Below are positions 7,199-15,525 of a stretch of 23,909 bases of DNA, in pieces. Both the position numbers and the translations under genes were made by a program. The notes beneath the pieces were generated by a model that saw only the letters and a list, made by a program, of their open reading frames with translations, did not search any database and had not been told where the DNA came from. Within the stretch, counting starts at the first letter, position 1. Each line of letters begins with the position of its first letter. This DNA comes from a candidate division FCPU426 bacterium (GTDB lineage Bacteria; Oederibacteriota; JAAXVQ01; JAUVAV01). The stretch is from NCBI GenBank assembly GCA_030637655.1, contig DAOWGI010000047.1, forward strand, positions 1 to 23,909, in the 5' to 3' direction.

Positions 7199-9226
7199 TC
7201 ATAACACTACATTTTCCTGCGAAAAGTGTTTGGACACAAAATTACGCACCTGATCCATATGCTGCAGATGTGAACATTGCGGCAGCGTATCTAAAAACAA
7301 TTGTCCCCACCCCCGGGTCTGTATTCGCGGATCCATAATAGCCACAATCCCACGATCCGCATGACTCCTGATCAGGCGGCCGAATCCCTGGCGCAACATC
7401 AGAGCTGCCCGCGGAATGGAGTAGGTCATAAACGGATTCTCGCCCATAAGCGTTAAATACTCCGCCCGCGCTTGATGAATCGGATGCGTAGGCACATCAA
7501 AAGGCAGGCGGGTGATTACTACGCAACGCAAGGCTTCCCCAGGGATATCCACTCCCTGCCAAAAGGTTTCCACACCCAGCATAACGGCATGCGAATCCCG
7601 TTGAAAATAATCGATAAGACGTTGAGGCGCTGCCTCCCCTTGCACGAGAATCATATGCCGCGAGTTCTGTTCCCGCAAATACCCGGCAATTCGATGGAGC
7701 ATGCGATAACTGGTACAGAGCACAAAAACACCCCCGGCAAAAATATTGATTAAGGTCTCTACTGCTGTGAGAATATATTTCTCATAGGCCTCGACATGTT
7801 TGGGATCCGGTATCGCTGTCGGCAGATAAATAGCCGCATGCTCTTGAAAAGGGAAAGGCGAGTGGGTAACCACTTCCAATGCTTCTGGAATTCCCAGGCG
7901 CGAACGCACATAAGAAAAATCATCCTCCACAGCCAGGGTGGCTGAAGTCAATACCACGCTTGCTTCTGTGCCAAAGAGCACGCCGGCCAGTTTGTCACTC
8001 AAATCCAGCGGTGTAATATTCAAGCGTACCTGGGGACCAAAACGGGTTTTTATCTTTTCGGTCCAGTACACTGATTCTTGGCTTACGCGTTCAAACCAGG
8101 TCTGCTCAATTCCAGCCATCTCTGTCAAGCGTCCGGCACAGAATGCCAGGCGTCTGGCCTCTTCCTCGGTTCCGACACTTTCCTGGAGTTCTGTAAGATC
8201 TTGAGCCAAGCCGCGGATCAACTCTGTATCCGGAGCGGCAATAGGCAGGCTGTGCCCGGTGATACGCACCATATCGCTCTGAGAATGAAAAAGATTCAGC
8301 AATGATTTCCACCAGCACTCCTGCTTGGCTGCCAAAACCGCGGCTTTTTCCCGGGTCTTTTCCCGCAAACCGGAATCAATATCCTGCAAGGCATCCAAAA
8401 TATGGACCTTGCCTCGTTTTACCATATCCGACAGCAGATGCAAAACTTCAAACTGTGCCAAGGTATCTCCCAAAAAACGGGTTGCCACATCTTCCAACTT
8501 GTGGGCTTCATCCAGAATCACAGCTTTGTATTCAGGCAACAGACGGCCTTCAGTCATTAGATTTGAAAAGAAGAGATAATGATTGGCAACTAACACATCG
8601 GCTTCACGCTGGCGTTTGCGTGCTTGCAGCAAATAACATTCCTTATACTGTGGACATTGTCTTTGTATACATAAATCATTAATCACACAGACGCGCTGCC
8701 AGAGGGCATCCGATACAGGCTTCGGCAAATCCGCACGTATACCTGATATCTCCCCCTCGCACCAATGCAAACACAATTGCAAATGCTGATTGTACTCCGG
8801 ATCAATTCCTGAAATTTGCTCTTGGCTCCCTTCCCGGATTAAACGAAGCAAGCAAAGGTAGTTCTCCGCACCCAGGCATATCTCAAAGCGAAAATCACGG
8901 GCAAAACATTTCTGCCCTGCCAGACGCGGCAATTCTTTGGTCATCAACTGTGATTGGAGTGCTTTAGTATGCGTGACAATTAACAGTCGCGCTTTGTTCT
9001 CCAAGGCCCAGGCAATACCCGGAACCAAGTAGGCCAAACTTTTGCCTACCCCGGTTCCGGCCTCGGCCAGACAATGCTGTTGGGTATAGAGCGCTTCCTG
9101 AATGGTCTGGGCCAATTCCACTTGTTCTTCGCGCTGCTGATAACCGGGAAGCATTTTGGCCAATGTGCCATTTGCAGCGAAAAAGCGTTTTATGTCCAGC
9201 GGTTGCAAATCTTCTTGTGCTTCCAT
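7199..9226 (-). CDS. DinG/YoaA-family ATP-dependent Fe-S DNA helicase
   Basis: Q-motif REEQ, Walker A EAGTGVGKS, Fe-S cysteines (NYLC...C...CPQYKEC), DEAH, TSATL, FWQGVD, LRQGFGRLIR. Confidence 0.93.
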   Translation of the reverse strand: MEAQEDLQPLDIKRFFAANGTLAKMLPGYQQREEQVELAQTIQEALYTQQHCLAEAGTGVGKSLAYLVPGIAWALENKARLLIVTHTKALQSQLMTKELPRLAGQKCFARDFRFEICLGAENYLCLLRLIREGSQEQISGIDPEYNQHLQLCLHWCEGEISGIRADLPKPVSDALWQRVCVINDLCIQRQCPQYKECYLLQARKRQREADVLVANHYLFFSNLMTEGRLLPEYKAVILDEAHKLEDVATRFLGDTLAQFEVLHLLSDMVKRGKVHILDALQDIDSGLREKTREKAAVLAAKQECWWKSLLNLFHSQSDMVRITGHSLPIAAPDTELIRGLAQDLTELQESVGTEEEARRLAFCAGRLTEMAGIEQTWFERVSQESVYWTEKIKTRFGPQVRLNITPLDLSDKLAGVLFGTEASVVLTSATLAVEDDFSYVRSRLGIPEALEVVTHSPFPFQEHAAIYLPTAIPDPKHVEAYEKYILTAVETLINIFAGGVFVLCTSYRMLHRIAGYLREQNSRHMILVQGEAAPQRLIDYFQRDSHAVMLGVETFWQGVDIPGEALRCVVITRLPFDVPTHPIHQARAEYLTLMGENPFMTYSIPRAALMLRQGFGRLIRSHADRGIVAIMDPRIQTRGWGQLFLDTLPQCSHLQHMDQVRNFVSKHFSQENVVL

Positions 9227-9246
9227 GGTAAAATTCAGAGTTCCTT

Positions 9247-9849
9247 TTAATTTCTAATACTGTCTGGAAAGGGTGGCAATCCTTTGGGACCAATGCGTAT
9301 AAATTTCAAAATACGGCGAATCATACCAAGTTCATAAAGAATACCCAACACACTCAGACAAAAACCCAGTACCGGCACACTCAACATTTTCTGGATTTCA
9401 CCAACCCACCACCGGGTTACACCCAGATGCCAGCCATCCGGCCAAAACCAGAGTGTCAATACAGCACAAATCCAGATGCCGGCTACGATAAAATGCTGTT
9501 GCTTTACGATTTCCTGCAATACCACATCTAATTTCCGTTCCGCAATCCAAATATTGGCACAGCGATCGAAAAAAATAAACAGTGTGAATATGCTCATAGC
9601 AATCCATTCGTAACCGGTTCCGCTGATGTCGCGCGTCTGCTGAGCTTGCGCTACTATCAATACGGTTTGAGAGGATAAAAAATAACCCCATATGAGCAGA
9701 AACAGACTCAGGGTCACACCGCGTCCACGCCCGATTACCTTGAGCACACCATGTGCTGTTCCGAAAACAAATGCCCAGCAGAATCGAAAACAAAACAAGC
9801 TAACACCCAACAGCACAAAACAATTAAAAATTCCGGCACCCGCACTCAT
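9247..9849 (-). CDS. Hypothetical multi-pass membrane protein
   Basis: About five hydrophobic segments; stop lies 20 nt before the helicase start. Start uncertain (ATG 9849 or 9894). Confidence 0.6.
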   Translation of the reverse strand: MSAGAGIFNCFVLLGVSLFCFRFCWAFVFGTAHGVLKVIGRGRGVTLSLFLLIWGYFLSSQTVLIVAQAQQTRDISGTGYEWIAMSIFTLFIFFDRCANIWIAERKLDVVLQEIVKQQHFIVAGIWICAVLTLWFWPDGWHLGVTRWWVGEIQKMLSVPVLGFCLSVLGILYELGMIRRILKFIRIGPKGLPPFPDSIRN

Positions 9850-10010
9850 ACGACAATTACCTTTCCAAACACCAAATTGCACACATCTTCTCATCCCTTT
9901 TTTGAATTGACCAGTAATTTTTTGTATAAATTATAGCGGCCTTTACAGTACAATACGAGCAACATTTCCTATTGTTCGTAGTATGTCAGTAAACTGCTGT
10001 TAAACAAAGG

Positions 10011-10125
10011 TTGTCATTCCCGAGGGTTTAATCGGCCCCGACCGGAAAAGATATATAGGGACGCCTTCGGCAGGAATCTGGTTTTTTTAAACCGTATCCC
10101 CGATACAAGCATTCGGGGATGACAA
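10011..10125. repeat. GTCATTCCCG...CGGGGATGAC palindromic repeat element
   Basis: TTGTCATTCCCGA (10011-10023) / TCGGGGATGACAA (10113-10125), one mismatch; internal ATCCCCGA..TCGGGGAT hairpin. Confidence 0.7.
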
Positions 10126-10188
10126 ACAAAAAAACGCATGACTGACATGTTACTATTGTTTAGTGACCATATTTTCCAGGAGCTTGCA

Positions 10189-10608
10189 ATGCCCGTATTT
10201 CCAGTTTCCGAACAAAAATACCAGGCTTTGGCAGAACGAATGGACGCCTTGGGCATGAAGGAAAAAGATCTGGAGGAACGATTTTTACGCTCCGGCGGTC
10301 CTGGCGGCCAGCATGTGAACAAAGTATCCACCTGTGTGGTACTCCGCCATATCCCAACCGGTCTGGAAGTGCGCTGCCAAAAAGAACGATCACAGAGCAT
10401 GAATCGCTTTTTCGCACGCCGGCTTTTAGCGGATAAACTGGATGAATTGATTAACAAAGAAAAGAGCGAAGCCCAACAAAAACGTGAAAAGCTGCGTCGT
10501 CAAAAACGGCGCCGTTCACGCCGGGCTAAGGCCAAGATGTTGGAGGACAAACGGCATCAGTCTGTGAAGAAACAGCAGCGCTCGTTTCGTCCCCAATTGG
10601 ATGAATAA
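10189..10608 (+). CDS. Codon-independent peptidyl-tRNA hydrolase / ribosome rescue factor (ArfB/C12orf65-like)
   Basis: RSGGPGGQHVNK (GGQ), HIPTG, RSQSMNR, very basic C-terminal tail, no codon-recognition domain. ATG 10189 follows AGGAG. Confidence 0.9.
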   Translation: MPVFPVSEQKYQALAERMDALGMKEKDLEERFLRSGGPGGQHVNKVSTCVVLRHIPTGLEVRCQKERSQSMNRFFARRLLADKLDELINKEKSEAQQKREKLRRQKRRRSRRAKAKMLEDKRHQSVKKQQRSFRPQLDE

Positions 10609-11665
10609 TCTCCCAGATTTGCGGATCCTCAAAACCGATGCGCCAGACAAAAATACCACCCAAGCCTGAATTACGGACCACGTGAATAGTGGCAGCCAGA
10701 CTTTTATGATCACCATACCAGACGTTATGCAGCCCATCCTTGGCGCGGTAGGTATAATGCGCAAAGGGCCCTGCTATAAATCCACCTTTGGATTTGCTCT
10801 GATAAAATATCCTGGCGCTTTTTTGTTGGGCGCGCTTTTTTAACTTAAGCCCGCCGTAATAACGGCCTCGATAAGATTTGTTTTTCCGTTTGACCCAGTC
10901 ATTACCGTATGTTGGATGTCCAATCCAGAAACGTTCCGGATACGGACAGGTCTTGATATACGCAATGACCTTTTTGGTGACACCCAAGGGAATGATGGGA
11001 CCGGGCGGGCCACTGCGAATGTACCAATCATAACACATAACATTCACACGCCCGACTAAAGTGGGAAGCACCTGCCAATCGTAGGCTCTGGTTTTTTTCC
11101 AACCCGGAGAGGAAAATTTAGGCGGCACAGTGATATCCAAGGCTTTTTCTTCCAGATCCAGCGCAGCAGCCAGTTCCCGGACAAAGACAGTTAGGGATTG
11201 ACAGCTGTTGGCTGGTAAATTTTCGTAATCCAGGTCCACGCCGTCATAGCCTAAGTCCAGGACCGCTTTGCGGATATTTTGAATATGCCGGCGCCGAAAC
11301 TCAGGACGCTCCAGCATACGCACAATTATTTCCGGATGGGAAAATCCACCTCCGTAATTTCCCAGTCCCATATACACCGGAATGGCATTATCGCGGCACC
11401 AGGCGGTAATGCTTGTGGCCAGTGCATCGCCTTGCGCAACACGTCGATATCCCAGACCAATCCCGTTTTTAGCAATACAATGATCAGATACCAATACCCT
11501 GGAAATTTTATCCTTGTTTTTCTTGATGGATTCCATACCTCGATCCAAGTCACCCAAACGAACCCAGACAGCCAATCGATCCTCATACTCCGCCGCTACC
11601 GGCAAGACAGCTATCATGTGTATACCAACCAGAAATCCAATACTGAGTAATACTGTTTTTTTCAA
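10526..11665 (-). CDS. Secreted glycoside hydrolase family 18 (chitinase / peptidoglycan hydrolase-like)
   Basis: Signal peptide, catalytic YDGVDLDYE (DxxDxDxE), VMCYD, GPPGPI, GGIFVWRIGFED; TTG start after GAGGAG. Confidence 0.9.
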   Translation of the reverse strand: MKKTVLLSIGFLVGIHMIAVLPVAAEYEDRLAVWVRLGDLDRGMESIKKNKDKISRVLVSDHCIAKNGIGLGYRRVAQGDALATSITAWCRDNAIPVYMGLGNYGGGFSHPEIIVRMLERPEFRRRHIQNIRKAVLDLGYDGVDLDYENLPANSCQSLTVFVRELAAALDLEEKALDITVPPKFSSPGWKKTRAYDWQVLPTLVGRVNVMCYDWYIRSGPPGPIIPLGVTKKVIAYIKTCPYPERFWIGHPTYGNDWVKRKNKSYRGRYYGGLKLKKRAQQKSARIFYQSKSKGGFIAGPFAHYTYRAKDGLHNVWYGDHKSLAATIHVVRNSGLGGIFVWRIGFEDPQIWEIIHPIGDETSAAVSSQTDAVCPPTSWP

Positions 11666-11718
11666 GGTTAACTCCTCAATGATACGCCTTTGATTTTACG
11701 TTTTCTGATTTTAAACCT

Positions 11719-11911
11719 GGCGGGTGGGTTTGGAACCCACCCCTACGATATTTTTCATTCGATTCCTTCGCGTCCTTCGCGGACTAATCCTTTGACTCTT
11801 ACGGTCGAACATACCCAAAAGACGGGCACAGGCAAGGTTTACCCGTACGGTCAATATGGGGCGTATGCAATACGTCCCTACTCTTGGTGGGCGAGATAAC
11901 CTCGCCCCTAC
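11719..11911 (-). repeat. Cluster of four REP-like hairpins plus an orphan periodic arm
   Basis: Minus strand GTAGGGGTGGGTT..AACCCACCC (11746-11719), degenerate GTACGGG unit (11848-11824), GTAGGGACGTAT..ATACGCCCC (11881-11856), GTAGGGGCGAG..CTCGCCCACC (11911-11886); CCTTCGCGT-CCTTCGCGG at ~11765-11782. Confidence 0.8.
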
Positions 11912-12558
11912 AGCACCTTTTCAAATTGTTTGCGTACATCGCTGCGCAAAAAGTACCAGACTAAAAAACCGCCCAAGACCGGAATATCCCAGAAACCGCC
12001 ACCGATCAGGAGTACGACTAACCAACCTAAAGCAGCTAAAATAATTTCCAGCCACGCCAGCGTTAAAACCGCATAGCGTGCTGCTGCCACACAATTCAGC
12101 AGGCCCATGCCCATGATACTTATCCCCATGCTGATCAGCACAATAAACCCTCCGAACCAATTTAAAAACATCCGGCTGCCGGGTATGGAATCCAAGCTGA
12201 CAGGAATGGCATTGGTCATCATGGCACGAATGGGAACCGCTTTGCTGAACAAGGAAAGACCAAGCATAAACAACGCTAATCCAAAAAGGAACACTCCACC
12301 CACAAAAAAACACCAGGCAATAATTTTCAACCCCAGAGAAGGCGCCTCGATCTCTGATTGGTCCTTAGCTTTTTTTTCCAGTTTTTTTCTCGCTGTATCA
12401 ACACACTCGCGGTGATAGACCTGAAAATTGAGCGCAATGGGTTTGCAATCTTTACAGATAGGTTTGCCACATACTCCGCATACCCATTTGGCATTAGTCT
12501 TGTGCTCAAGACATTGCTGTTCTTGTGTATTCGGATATTCGTTGTCCGTCGCTGCCAT
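11908..12558 (-). CDS. B-box-like zinc finger membrane protein
   Basis: C-x2-H-x7-C-x2-C-x4-C-x2-C-x10-H-x2-C at the N-terminus followed by 3-4 TM helices; AAGGAG upstream. Confidence 0.8.
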   Translation of the reverse strand: MAATDNEYPNTQEQQCLEHKTNAKWVCGVCGKPICKDCKPIALNFQVYHRECVDTARKKLEKKAKDQSEIEAPSLGLKIIAWCFFVGGVFLFGLALFMLGLSLFSKAVPIRAMMTNAIPVSLDSIPGSRMFLNWFGGFIVLISMGISIMGMGLLNCVAAARYAVLTLAWLEIILAALGWLVVLLIGGGFWDIPVLGGFLVWYFLRSDVRKQFEKVL

Positions 12559-12586
12559 AAATATTCAATTTCTCCTTAAAAAACAA

Positions 12587-12662
12587 TGATTTAAAGTAGG
12601 GGCACGATGCTTGTTCGACATCGCTTTAGCGAAGTCGAATGCCGTGCCCCTACTTTAAATCA
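12587..12662. repeat. Double-footed REP-like inverted repeat with a nested hairpin
   Basis: Perfect 20-bp IR TGATTTAAAGTAGGGGCACG / CGTGCCCCTACTTTAAATCA enclosing TTCGAC-ATCGC-TTTA-GCGAA-GTCGAA. Confidence 0.85.
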
Positions 12663-12710
12663 AGACATTTGGGTGAGCAAGTCTTTATTTGAGAGAATTA
12701 TTGTTTTTAC

Positions 12711-12743
12711 AAAAAAACCGGCCAGGAATGGGACCCTGGCCGG
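12711..12743 (-). terminator. Rho-independent terminator
   Basis: 9-bp GC-rich stem plus T7 on the minus strand, ~110 nt downstream of purM. Confidence 0.85.
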
Positions 12744-12784
12744 GCAGTACTTCAGCACTGGAGGGGTTTCTGTGGCTGAAGTAT
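12711..12784 (-). ncRNA. Small RNA candidate (~75 nt) with anti-SD loop and intrinsic terminator
   Basis: Stem TACTTCAGC/GCTGAAGTA with CCCCTCC in the loop, then CCGGCCAGG-N8-CCTGGCCGG-T7. Confidence 0.6.
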
Positions 12785-12789
12785 CTAAA

Positions 12790-12818
12790 AACTTAACATT
12801 AGACACCAATCACAGCAA
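12790..12818 (-). promoter_or_regulatory. Putative sigma70 promoter with extended -10
   Basis: Minus strand TTGCTG-N17-TAAGTT with TGn before the -10; predicted +1 falls at the base of the first stem (~12784). Confidence 0.5.
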
Positions 12819-12852
12819 AATGTTTCATTTATTTTTTCGAGGGATTGCCGGA

Positions 12853-13890
12853 CTAATGGTACTCTACTCGGGGCGATCCTGCCTGAATTTCACCTATAAT
12901 ATAGGCTTTTTCTTTCTTTTTATGCAAATGCCGCATGACCCTGGCAGCTTCTTGGCGTGCTACTACCAGAACCATGCCAATTCCCATATTCAAGGCGCGA
13001 TACATTGTGCTCTCATCCAAACGACCGTTCATTACCAGCAACTTAAATATTAGTGGAATCGGCCAACTTCCTTGGTGAATAATCGCTTTGCACTTGGCAG
13101 GTAAAATACGAGGCAGATTTCCAGTCAATCCGCCGCCGGTAATATGCGCCATTCCTTGAATACTGTTTTTCTTGAGCAAAGCTTCTACTACAGACAGATA
13201 TGAACGGTGCACAGCCAGGAGTGCTTCACCTATGGAGGTTCCTAATTCCGGAATCCGTTGCTTGGGTTTGAGCTTCATTTTCTCAAAAAACACTTTACGG
13301 GCCAGGGAATAGCCATTGGTATGCAAGCCGGTGGATGGTAAGCCGATCAGAACATCTTTGGGTCGTATCTTTTTACCATCAATCACTCTTTTCTTTTCCA
13401 CCAAGCCGACAATAGTACCGGCCAAATCAAAATCTTTTCCCTGATATAGACCCGGCATTTCGGCTGTCTCTCCACCCAATAAAGCACACTTGTTCTCCCG
13501 ACAGGCTTGGGCCACGCCTTTCACAATCTGTTCAGCGACTTTGGGATCCAATTTGCCGGTTGCAAAGTAATCCATAAAAAAAAGCGGACGCGCGCCCTGG
13601 ACTAAAATGTCATTCACACAATGATTCACCAGATCCTGGCCGACTGTATCGTATTTGCCCATGAGAGCAGCCAGCATCAGCTTGGTGCCCACACCATCAG
13701 TGGAACCAACCAAAATCGGCTCTTGCCAGCCTTTGGGCATTTGATACAATCCGCCAAAAAGACCGATATCTGTTATCATCCCGGCAGTCCGGGCAGAACG
13801 AACATGCGCGCGCATGCGGCGTACAGCTTCATTTCCCGCGTCAATATTCACACCCGCCTGGGCATAAGCATCTTTGGCTTTCTTTTTCAC
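12853..13890 (-). CDS. purM: Phosphoribosylformylglycinamidine cyclo-ligase (AIR synthetase)
   Basis: YAQAGVNI, TDGVGTK, GGETAEMPG, STGLHTNGYSL, HITGGG, NMGIGM; GTG start after AGGAG. Confidence 0.97.
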   Translation of the reverse strand: MKKKAKDAYAQAGVNIDAGNEAVRRMRAHVRSARTAGMITDIGLFGGLYQMPKGWQEPILVGSTDGVGTKLMLAALMGKYDTVGQDLVNHCVNDILVQGARPLFFMDYFATGKLDPKVAEQIVKGVAQACRENKCALLGGETAEMPGLYQGKDFDLAGTIVGLVEKKRVIDGKKIRPKDVLIGLPSTGLHTNGYSLARKVFFEKMKLKPKQRIPELGTSIGEALLAVHRSYLSVVEALLKKNSIQGMAHITGGGLTGNLPRILPAKCKAIIHQGSWPIPLIFKLLVMNGRLDESTMYRALNMGIGMVLVVARQEAARVMRHLHKKKEKAYIIGEIQAGSPRVEYH

Positions 13891-13925
13891 AAAACATCTC
13901 CTCTAACTTATTTCCGGCCTTACAC

Positions 13926-14089
13926 CTAACCCGGATAAACCGGAACCAAATTTAGCCGCCGATACACGCGGATACACACAAATTAAAATCTTTTTTATCC
14001 ATTAGGCTATAAATATCTGCGTTTATTTGCGTTCATCGGCGGTTAATTTTCTTTCCATTTTTGAAAGAATTTCATTTGTAAGCGCCTAA
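13926..14089 (-). mobile_element. Gene-less TTAG-bounded element, copy 2
   Basis: Both ends homologous to 6762-6929; CCTAAC at both boundaries; internal 10-nt periodic inverted repeat (CGCCGATACA../..ATCGGCGG). Confidence 0.6.
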
Positions 14090-15525
14090 CTTATACGCTG
14101 TTGGTCCATTTCTTTGGAGACGATTTCCCGCGCGCTTTTTTCGTGGCGTTCGTTAAAATCCACCGGATAGTCTCCGTTAAAGCAAGCGCAACAGAAATTA
14201 TTTTCATCTTCTACCATGGCTTTGAGCATTCCCTCATGTGATAAGTACGCTACTGAATCTACCCGCAAGTATTTGGCAATCTCTTCCTGAGAATGCGTGG
14301 CTGCGATCAGTTCTTTGCGCGTGGGAAAATCCATCCCGTAAAAACAGGGATACTTTACCGGCGGCGAACTTAAGCGCATATGTATCTCTTTGGCGCCTGC
14401 CTGACGAATCATCTTGATTATTTTACGGGCCGTTGTGCCCCGAACCAGAGAATCGTCAATAACAATGACCCGTTTCCCTTTGACCGCTTCTTTCACCACA
14501 TTGAATTTAAGTTTCACGCCAAAATCCCGGATAGATTGAGATGGCTCAATAAACGTACGGCCAATATAATGATTACGGATCAGAGCCATTTCAAAGGGGA
14601 TATCGGCTTCCTGGGAAAACCCAATTGCCGTGCATACTCCGGAATCCGGCACCGGAATAACAATATCCGCTGGGTTTTCATTTTCTTGAGCCAGCATCCG
14701 ACCCAAGCGACGGCGTGCTTCCCAACAGGAATGTCCAAAAATCAAGGAGTCCGGTCGCGAAAAATATATATACTCAAAAATGCAATGCGCTTGCCGCTTT
14801 GGTTTGGGCGCAAAACGATGAGATCGCAGGCCTTTTTTGTTAATCAGCAATATTTCACCCGGCTCCACATCGCGCACATACTCGGCGCCAACCAAATCAA
14901 AAGCACAGGTCTCAGATGCCACGACATAAGCTTCTCCCACTTTGCCAAGTGCCAAGGGACGAAAACCATACGGATCACGAATCGCAATCAGAGTATCATC
15001 ATTCATTAAGAGAACCGAATAGGCACCTTCCATCTGGAGCAACGAGGTGGACAACGCCTCTAAAAATTCTTTTTCCCGGCTCCGCGCAAGCAAGTGAATC
15101 AGAACTTCAGAATCCGCCGAGGTCTGAAAAATCGAGCCCTCTTGTACCAGGGTGTTACGGATTTTTTCCGCATTCACCAGATTACCATTATGCGCCAAGG
15201 CCAGATTGCCGCGGCTGTACTCAACCATCAGGGGTTGGGCATTTTTTTCCGTCGATGGGCCGGTGGTGGAATAACGGACATGGCCAATTGCTACGGAACC
15301 AAACAAAGTAGCGAGTTTGTTTTCATCGAACACATCTGCTACCAATCCGGTGCCGCGAACAGCATTGAAACCCAATTCATTACTGGTAATAATTCCCGCA
15401 CCCTCCTGGCCCCGATGCTGTAAAGCATAAAGCATTAAATAGACCAGATTGGCTGCTTCTGCTTGACCGCAAATGCCTGCAATGCCGCATTCTTCCCGCG
15501 GCTTATCCTCCTGCCGGATGTACAT
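14086..15525 (-). CDS. purF: Amidophosphoribosyltransferase
   Basis: Propeptide ending [41 protein letters not shown], Fe-S cysteines (CFYG, CCACF). Confidence 0.98.
   Translation of the reverse strand: MYIRQEDKPREECGIAGICGQAEAANLVYLMLYALQHRGQEGAGIITSNELGFNAVRGTGLVADVFDENKLATLFGSVAIGHVRYSTTGPSTEKNAQPLMVEYSRGNLALAHNGNLVNAEKIRNTLVQEGSIFQTSADSEVLIHLLARSREKEFLEALSTSLLQMEGAYSVLLMNDDTLIAIRDPYGFRPLALGKVGEAYVVASETCAFDLVGAEYVRDVEPGEILLINKKGLRSHRFAPKPKRQAHCIFEYIYFSRPDSLIFGHSCWEARRRLGRMLAQENENPADIVIPVPDSGVCTAIGFSQEADIPFEMALIRNHYIGRTFIEPSQSIRDFGVKLKFNVVKEAVKGKRVIVIDDSLVRGTTARKIIKMIRQAGAKEIHMRLSSPPVKYPCFYGMDFPTRKELIAATHSQEEIAKYLRVDSVAYLSHEGMLKAMVEDENNFCCACFNGDYPVDFNERHEKSAREIVSKEMDQQRIS

Noticed and set aside
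11719-11911. Possible CRISPR array from clustered palindromes
   Set aside because: Units are not identical, spacing is irregular and there are no cas genes; they fit REP-like repeats.
12607-13053. 148-aa plus-strand ORF
   Set aside because: Runs through a REP, a terminator and antisense purM; no RBS or protein-like features.
13924-14008. Canonical integron attC site in cassette copy 2
   Set aside because: A partial inverse core (GCCTAAT) pairs with the GTTAGGT end, but L boxes are not evident, copy 1 lacks it and no integrase is present. Kept only as one hypothesis.
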